From: an uncultured Tenacibaculum sp.
Lineage (GTDB): Bacteria > Bacteroidota > Bacteroidia > Flavobacteriales > Flavobacteriaceae
Length of the DNA stretch: 64,000 nucleotides
Assembly (NCBI GenBank): GCA_947497895.1
Contig: CANMIL010000014.1
Coordinates: forward strand, 27,308-91,307
Direction: 5' to 3'
Position numbers and translations under genes: made by a program. Each line of letters starts with the position of its first letter. The stretch's first letter is position 1. The notes under the pieces were generated by a model. The model was not told the origin of the DNA, did not search any database, and saw only the letters and a program-made list of their open reading frames with translations. Shown here piece by piece: positions 57,777 to 64,000 of the stretch.

Positions 57777-58613
57777 ATGAAAACCATATTTTTTACGCTA
57801 GTGTCGCTGTTTTTGACTTTATCTGTTAGTGCTCAGATTAAAGTAGGTGATAATCCAACAGTTATTGACGATGGGTCGATTCTTGAAGTAGAGAGTACAA
57901 CAGGAGCTTTTATTCCTCCAAGAATGACTACTGTACAAATGAATGCAATAACAACTCCCTTAGACGGAGCATTAGTTTATAACACAGATATGAATTGTCT
58001 TTATTCTTTTATAAACTCGACTTGGACAAGTCTTTGCAATCAGTCCACTACAGGGGAGATAACACATAGTGTTAGGACTGCAGATTTCAACGGGTGGTAT
58101 TTGTTAGATGGAAGAGCTATTTCTTCTTTACCAGCAAATGCTCAAACTGCTGCTACTGCACTAGGGTTATCTGGTAATTTACCAGATGCAAGTGGAAGGT
58201 TTTTAAAAACAAAAAATAATGATAGTGAAACATTGTTGGCAACAGGAGGTCAAAATTCTGCAACTTTAACACAAGCCAATTTACCAAACGTTAATTTCAC
58301 GGGGTCAACATCTTCTGGAGGAAGTCATACGCACTCGGGATCAACAAATACTACTGGTAATCACTCTCATAGTTATACAGATAGAGGACATTCTACATTC
58401 AATACAGATGGAGGGTCAGGAAATCCTTTGGCGGATGATACTTCAGGATCTTATACTACTGGTACTTCTGGAAATCACAGTCATACATTAACAATTAATA
58501 GTGCAGGAAGCCATAGTCATACAGTTACTGTGGCAAGTGGAGGATCTTCTTCGGCAATTAACAATCAACCGAATTATTTAGTGGTAAATACATTTATTTA
58601 TCTAGGTCAATAA
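57777..58613 (+). CDS. Secreted phage-tail-collar-domain protein with G-x-H-x-H repeats
   Basis: 278 aa from ATG 57777 with a signal peptide (SVSAQ). The N-terminal module is ILEVESTTGAFIPPRMTTVQMNAITTPLDGALVYNTD. The tail-collar-like core is FNGWYLLDGRAISSL...LPDASGRFLK...ATLTQANLPN. Four repeats follow: GSHTHS, GNHSHS, GNHSHT and GSHSHT. Confidence 0.7.
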   Translation: MKTIFFTLVSLFLTLSVSAQIKVGDNPTVIDDGSILEVESTTGAFIPPRMTTVQMNAITTPLDGALVYNTDMNCLYSFINSTWTSLCNQSTTGEITHSVRTADFNGWYLLDGRAISSLPANAQTAATALGLSGNLPDASGRFLKTKNNDSETLLATGGQNSATLTQANLPNVNFTGSTSSGGSHTHSGSTNTTGNHSHSYTDRGHSTFNTDGGSGNPLADDTSGSYTTGTSGNHSHTLTINSAGSHSHTVTVASGGSSSAINNQPNYLVVNTFIYLGQ

Positions 58614-58642
58614 AAGGAACTAAATAATTTAATAATAGTAGT

Positions 58643-61600
58643 ATGAGTTTATATCGTTTATGTTGCATAAATAGAATTTTAGTTTTATTTCTTTTTTTTC
58701 CTTGTTTAATATTCGCTCAATCTGGAAACTATGCTTCAGAGGGATATGAACAGGTTACTTTTGATTCAGAGTCTCTGAGTATTAGTAGTTTTTGGAGAAC
58801 TCAAAGATCAAGTAATCCAGGTTATTTTAGTGCTTATGGGACTGCTGTATTTACCGATTCGAGTGATGGTAATAATGTAGATGGGTATGTGAAGCATTAT
58901 ACAACCGCAACAGATCAATCTTTCGATTTCCCAGTAGGAACGGGAAGTGATTTAAGAACATTAAGTACAAGTGGAACCATACCTAATAATTCAATTTTTG
59001 GGACGGCATGGATTTTAGGAGACCCAAGCAGTACTTCAGATCCTACAACCCCAAACTCAGGACTTCATAGTACTAGTTCTTATGGAACTGGAATAGTTGA
59101 GGTGAGTAGTGTTGGGCAATGGGATTGGCAAGATTTAGGAGGTACTGGTTCAGGAGTAACAATAACTGTGAGTATTCCTGATATGAGTGGATTCACAGAT
59201 GCAGATAATTTAAGATTAGTAGGATGGGATGGAACCGAATGGGTTAATTTATCTGGAAGTACAGGTGCTACAGGAAATATTGAAAATAGCTTACTTTCTG
59301 GTATCATGCAATCTAATATTACAGCCCTAGCAATAGGAAGGGCATTTATTTTAGATTATGATAATGATGGTATCGAAGATAGTGCAGATTTGGATAATGA
59401 TAATGATGGTATTTTAGATTCTGTTGAATGTTCTTTAGAACAAGTAGTACTTCCTATCAGTGTTTCGAGTACGGATAGTGATTTTAATTCTCCGAGTAAT
59501 GGAGGTAGCACCGCAGGATCTTTAAATAATACAATTGATGGAAATTTAGGAACTTTTATAGCAGATGTAGCTCCAAGTGGTGGATACACCGATGTATCGT
59601 ACACGTTTCCTGAAACGGATATGAAAAAAATTAGAATCTATAATAATGGAGGAGCCATTTTAGGAGATGCTCAAGCGATAAGTAATATAGGAGAAATTAG
59701 ATTTTATGATGCTTCAAATGCTTTAATAGCTTCTATAACAGGAGGAGCAATCCCCAATGGCGACGCTGGAGGAAATCCATTTGAAATAGATGCCTTATAT
59801 CAAAATGTTACTCGTGTTGAATTCTTAAATTTAACAGGATTGGCTAATGGAATAGCATGGAGAGATATACAACTTATAGCGAATGTTGATTCAGATGGAG
59901 ATGGTACTCCTGATTGTTTTGATGTCGATAGTGATAATGATGGTTGTTATGATGCTTTGGAGGCTGCAGGTTCATATAATTACACGCAATTAACCAATGG
60001 AGCTTTTAATGGAGGTGTTGATGGAAATGGTGTACCTTCTGTTACATCAGGAGGACAAGCAACGACTGCAGCGGTAAATGATAGCTCTGATAGCACTGTT
60101 TGTTGTACCACAACAATTTCTGGTTTTACAGATAGTGATTCTGACGGGTTGGTAGATTCATGTGATTTAGATGATGATAATGATGGGATTGCAGATACTG
60201 CTGAGGTTTGTAAATCAGGTATAGTTCCAAGTTCTTCAATCGGAGGTCAAACAGCAACCGTAACTGAGGTTAATGGAGTTAGTGTTGTTCCTACAACAGT
60301 TACGCTATCTCCTGCATATACAAATTATAGAATAGCATGGCATTTCGGAAATGTAACTGCTGCGATAGGGAATGAAATTTCAATAAATTTTGATCAGCCT
60401 ATATGGTTGGCAGATGACGGAATTGATTGGGCGCTGAGTAGTATGGACAGTCCGAGTAGGTTTGGAAATTTTTTTGTAGTGTATGACGACGGAATGAGGG
60501 TTTCAAATATTGACTTTAATTTATCGGATACAACAAATTTTGTTAAAGGAACCGAATCAGGTGGAGAACATTCTGTATCAACTATTGGTAGTAACCCAAG
60601 TACAGATGTATCTTTTATAGGGCTGGATAGAACAAAAAGAATTGTTTCAATGGGATATACAGTTTATGCATTGAGTTCGAATTCTGGTTTAACCGAAAAT
60701 GTAACACCTAGATTTCATTTAGATTGTGATCCTGATAGGGATGGTATAAGAAATGATTTAGACACAGATAGTGATAACGATGGCTGTTTTGATGCATTGG
60801 AAGCGGCAGGAAGTTACAACCACACACAATTATCTGCTGGAGCGTTTACTGGAGGAGTCGATGGAAATGGAGTTCCTTCTGTAACATCTGGAGGGCAAGC
60901 GTCGTCGCCAGCAGTTTTAGATGCAACTGATAGTTCAGCTTGTTGCGATTCGTCGGTTTCTGGACTTACAGATACAGATTCTGATGGTATCATTGATACA
61001 TGTGATTTGGATGATGATAATGATGGTGTTTTAGATACGGTAGAATGTGCATGGGTAAGAATATCGCCTTCTGATTTAGCCTCTCCTCCAGGAGGAAATG
61101 CTTCAAATTATAGCATAACAAATGAAGATGTAAGTAGTCTGTTTGGTTTACCAAATGGCAGTATTTTTTTAACCATAACTAACGGAGCAACGAATGCAGC
61201 AGGATTGGCTTGGAAAACCAACACAACGGAAGGAAATGCAATTTTTGAATTTTCTGGACCGTATGCCGATTCAGTTTATGTAACTTTTTCTCATGATGGT
61301 TCTTTGGCACAAGGAATTCAAGAAGGTTTTATATCCTTAGAAGGAATTGATTTTAATTTTAATACTTCTTTAGTAGACGATTTTGAGGTAATTAAATCGG
61401 GGAATACTCATTACGTAGAAAACCCTGTAGGTGGTACTGATACCGCTAATGGTGTTCGATTTGAATGGGAATCAAGAGAAGTAGGAGCAAAAAGAATTGA
61501 AGTTTTTGCTTCTGGAGCAACAGGAAATAATCAATATTTTATCGAGTTAAGAATTTGTGATACGGATGGAGATCAGGTTTTTAATCATTTAGATTTAGAT

Positions 61601-64000
61601 AGTGATAATGATGGAATTCCTGATAATATTGAAGCACAAACAACAACAGGTTATACAGCTCCTAATGCAGACAGTGGAGCCACTTATTTGACTAATAATG
61701 GAGTCAACTCTGCATATTTAGGAGGTTTAACTCCAGAAAATACTGATGGAACTGATGATCCCGATTATTTAGATCTAGATTCAGATAATGAAGGAGGGAA
61801 TGATACTGCTGAAGCAGGATTAACATTAAGCGGAACCGTTGGTACAAATGGTCTCGATAATAATTATGATAATGGTGATAATTACGCCGATGTAAATGGT
61901 AGTTTTGATAATACGCAAAATGATAACTTCCCTGATATTGACGGTGATGTATTAACAGAAGATGTTGATTACCGAGATGCCATAACTCCTTTTGGATGTA
62001 CTCCAGGTTTTTACCAAGTTCTTAGTGGAGTGTTGAATATATTGGATCCTGCAACGGGGAATTATAATGTGGTAGGTACACCAAACCCGACAGTAGCGAC
62101 ATTAGGTTATAATTCGACAGACGGATTTCTTTATGGAATTAATGGCTCTACTTTCAACATAGTGAGAATTGGAGCGGGAGCACAAGGAGTTGATTTGGGG
62201 CAAGTAACAAATGGAGGCATACCTTTAAGCTACAGCCCAAATGCATTAGATTTCGATGCTTCGGGAATTATGTGGGCAAGAAGATCAGCGAGTGATTCAG
62301 GTGCTTATCTTAGAATAGACTTATCTTCAATGACGTTCACGAGTATCCCTATTTCTGGAACAAATGAGAACTGGGCAGATTTTACTATAATAAATGATAC
62401 TGCCTACGGGGTTAGAAATAATGTACTTTATATTTCTGATTTAACAGCGAACCCGATTACAGTAACTACAAAAACAATTACAGGATTAAGTGCTACAGCT
62501 GGAGGATTTGGAGCAACCTTTACGGATGTAGCTAAAAATTTATACATCTTTAGCAATAGTACTGGAGAGTTTTTTAAGATTAATGATTATGATCAAGCTA
62601 GTCCTAGCGCTACTCTACTATTAACAGGAACGCCAAATGTAGGTAATGATGGAGCATCATGTCCAGATTCTTGCCCATCTTTTGATTTAGATTGTGATGG
62701 AGTTTTAAATGTTGATGAAGATTTAAATGGTAATTCTGATTTTACAGATGACGATACAGATGGTGATGGAACACCCAATTATCTAGATAAAGATGATGAT
62801 AACGATGGGATTTTAACACTTGATGAAGATGCTGATGGGAACGGTACATCCCATAATGATGATACAGATGGTGATGGGACACCTAATTACTTGGATACAG
62901 ATAGCGATAATGATGGTTGTTACGATGCTCTTGAAGCTGATGAAAATGTGACTTCGGCTCAATTAGATGTAGATGGAAGAATTGATATTGCAAGTAATGG
63001 AGGTGTTACTGATGGAGTACCGAACTTAGTAAATTCAGGGGGAGCAGCGGATGTAGGAACTGATGAAGGACAAGGAAATACTGGTAATGTTATTGAGGCT
63101 ACAATGCTTCAAATTGATGTTCCTATTGCCAACACAGTTTTATGTCTAGGTGAAAATATAACCTTTACGCTTCAGGCTTCATCATTGAGTACAACTACTT
63201 ACACTGGAACGGCTCCAGCGACTTCACCAGATTATAGTTCCAGTACACCAAGTACGGCAGATTTGTTATATGAATGGCAAGAACAGGTAGCGGGAACTGG
63301 TCCGTGGAATATTATTAATAATGGAGGAATTTATAGTGGAGCAACTACAGCGAGTCTAACATTAACGAATCCTCCTTTAACGGCCGATTCAAATAAATAT
63401 AGACTAATTGTTACAAGTACCAAAAATGTATGTGCTAGTTTAACGAGTTCATCGGAAACTTTATTTATCAATGATGTAACAGGCGGAACTGTATCAGCGA
63501 ATCAAACGATTTGTTCAGGAGGTAATCCGGTAGCCTTTACGGAGACGGTGGCTTCAACAGGAAAAGGTACACTGAGTTATCAATGGGAGAGTAGTACGGA
63601 TGGTTCAGTTTTTACTCCAATTGTAGGAGGTACTAGTGAAACGCATAATGTGGGGGTACTTACACAAAATATGTGGTATCGAAGAGAAACGTCGTCATTG
63701 TTTCTTACAAGAACTTGTACTGCATTGAGTAATGTTGTTCAAATCACAGTAGATCCAGTACCAACGATCAGTATCGATGATATCACAGTAACAGAAGGGG
63801 CTACGGCGAATTTTACCGCAACTTTAAGTCAGGCAGTTGCTTGTGATGTTACTTTTGATGTGACTACCAGTGATGGCACTGCCACAGCAGGTGATGATTA
63901 TACGGCTCAAAGTAGTCAGAGTTATACGATTACTGCAGGAAGCACTACAGTTACAATTCCAGTATTAACCACTGATGATAGTACTTATGAGCCAACTGAC
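58643..64000 (+). CDS. Giant cell-surface adhesin-like protein (thrombospondin type-3-like Ca-binding repeats, Ig-like domains, Calx-beta); partial, continues beyond the right edge
   Basis: My own translation. The ATG at 58643 is the first start after an in-frame TAA at 58625. The signal peptide is MSLYRLCCINRILVLFLFFPCLIFAQS. The frame is open for all 1786 codons to 64000; I hand-translated 58643-61560 and the last line. There are many D-x-D-x-D-G-x-x-D motifs (DLDNDNDGILD, DVDSDNDGCYD, DLDSDNDGIPD, DKDDDNDGIL). Near the end is DGTATAGDDY, a Calx-beta signature. It is absent from the ORF track because it has no stop in the window. Confidence 0.88.
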   Translation, partial: MSLYRLCCINRILVLFLFFPCLIFAQSGNYASEGYEQVTFDSESLSISSFWRTQRSSNPGYFSAYGTAVFTDSSDGNNVDGYVKHYTTATDQSFDFPVGTGSDLRTLSTSGTIPNNSIFGTAWILGDPSSTSDPTTPNSGLHSTSSYGTGIVEVSSVGQWDWQDLGGTGSGVTITVSIPDMSGFTDADNLRLVGWDGTEWVNLSGSTGATGNIENSLLSGIMQSNITALAIGRAFILDYDNDGIEDSADLDNDNDGILDSVECSLEQVVLPISVSSTDSDFNSPSNGGSTAGSLNNTIDGNLGTFIADVAPSGGYTDVSYTFPETDMKKIRIYNNGGAILGDAQAISNIGEIRFYDASNALIASITGGAIPNGDAGGNPFEIDALYQNVTRVEFLNLTGLANGIAWRDIQLIANVDSDGDGTPDCFDVDSDNDGCYDALEAAGSYNYTQLTNGAFNGGVDGNGVPSVTSGGQATTAAVNDSSDSTVCCTTTISGFTDSDSDGLVDSCDLDDDNDGIADTAEVCKSGIVPSSSIGGQTATVTEVNGVSVVPTTVTLSPAYTNYRIAWHFGNVTAAIGNEISINFDQPIWLADDGIDWALSSMDSPSRFGNFFVVYDDGMRVSNIDFNLSDTTNFVKGTESGGEHSVSTIGSNPSTDVSFIGLDRTKRIVSMGYTVYALSSNSGLTENVTPRFHLDCDPDRDGIRNDLDTDSDNDGCFDALEAAGSYNHTQLSAGAFTGGVDGNGVPSVTSGGQASSPAVLDATDSSACCDSSVSGLTDTDSDGIIDTCDLDDDNDGVLDTVECAWVRISPSDLASPPGGNASNYSITNEDVSSLFGLPNGSIFLTITNGATNAAGLAWKTNTTEGNAIFEFSGPYADSVYVTFSHDGSLAQGIQEGFISLEGIDFNFNTSLVDDFEVIKSGNTHYVENPVGGTDTANGVRFEWESREVGAKRIEVFASGATGNNQYFIELRICDTDGDQVFNHLDLDSDNDGIPDNIEAQTTTGYTAPNADSGATYLTNNGVNSAYLGGLTPENTDGTDDPDYLDLDSDNEGGNDTAEAGLTLSGTVGTNGLDNNYDNGDNYADVNGSFDNTQNDNFPDIDGDVLTEDVDYRDAITPFGCTPGFYQVLSGVLNILDPATGNYNVVGTPNPTVATLGYNSTDGFLYGINGSTFNIVRIGAGAQGVDLGQVTNGGIPLSYSPNALDFDASGIMWARRSASDSGAYLRIDLSSMTFTSIPISGTNENWADFTIINDTAYGVRNNVLYISDLTANPITVTTKTITGLSATAGGFGATFTDVAKNLYIFSNSTGEFFKINDYDQASPSATLLLTGTPNVGNDGASCPDSCPSFDLDCDGVLNVDEDLNGNSDFTDDDTDGDGTPNYLDKDDDNDGILTLDEDADGNGTSHNDDTDGDGTPNYLDTDSDNDGCYDALEADENVTSAQLDVDGRIDIASNGGVTDGVPNLVNSGGAADVGTDEGQGNTGNVIEATMLQIDVPIANTVLCLGENITFTLQASSLSTTTYTGTAPATSPDYSSSTPSTADLLYEWQEQVAGTGPWNIINNGGIYSGATTASLTLTNPPLTADSNKYRLIVTSTKNVCASLTSSSETLFINDVTGGTVSANQTICSGGNPVAFTETVASTGKGTLSYQWESSTDGSVFTPIVGGTSETHNVGVLTQNMWYRRETSSLFLTRTCTALSNVVQITVDPVPTISIDDITVTEGATANFTATLSQAVACDVTFDVTTSDGTATAGDDYTAQSSQSYTITAGSTTVTIPVLTTDDSTYEPTD

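Overview
A 64 kb, visibly AT-rich chromosomal segment. By gene content it is from a Flavobacteriia-type Bacteroidota genome: BamD, a DUF4835/PorD-like protein, 2TM-domain proteins, a giant adhesin with thrombospondin type-3-like repeats and a Calx-beta domain, TAnnTTTG promoter motifs, and frequent TTG/GTG starts. It is dnaA-proximal and mostly housekeeping: secA, dnaA, mltG, dapF, an HtrA-type protease, a long-form GAPDH, ligA, dapA, ferritin, bamD, rpoZ-like, coaBC, recN, fabI, prfB, hutI and hutG. I saw no rRNA, tRNA, CRISPR array, transposase or integrase. Two genes run off the window edges and are absent from the ORF track; I translated both by hand. One is an LpxH-like phosphoesterase (1-281, minus strand). 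The other is a giant surface adhesin (58643-64000+, at least 1786 codons). The best candidate for an uncharacterised system is a regulatory island at 46.6-53.6 kb. It has two tandem ECF sigma / membrane-partner modules whose sigma proteins differ by 1 aa of 164, while the partner proteins have diverged. Divergent from these is an operon of DUF2141, a LytS-type histidine kinase with a fused C-terminal 2TM module, five free-standing paralogous 2TM mini-proteins and a LytTR response regulator. A canonical LytTR-type direct-repeat operator lies upstream of that operon. Other items of interest: (1) a MocR-regulated cluster of three predicted lipoproteins (two M14 carboxypeptidases and a D-aminoacylase) plus a cytosolic DapB-like dehydrogenase, with a candidate operator and near-identical 46-nt hairpin repeats on both flanks; (2) two copies of a roughly 130-nt triple-hairpin MITE/REP-like element; (3) a secreted phage-tail-collar protein with four G-x-H-x-H repeats just upstream of the adhesin gene. 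All functional calls come from motif recognition by eye. No database search was run.
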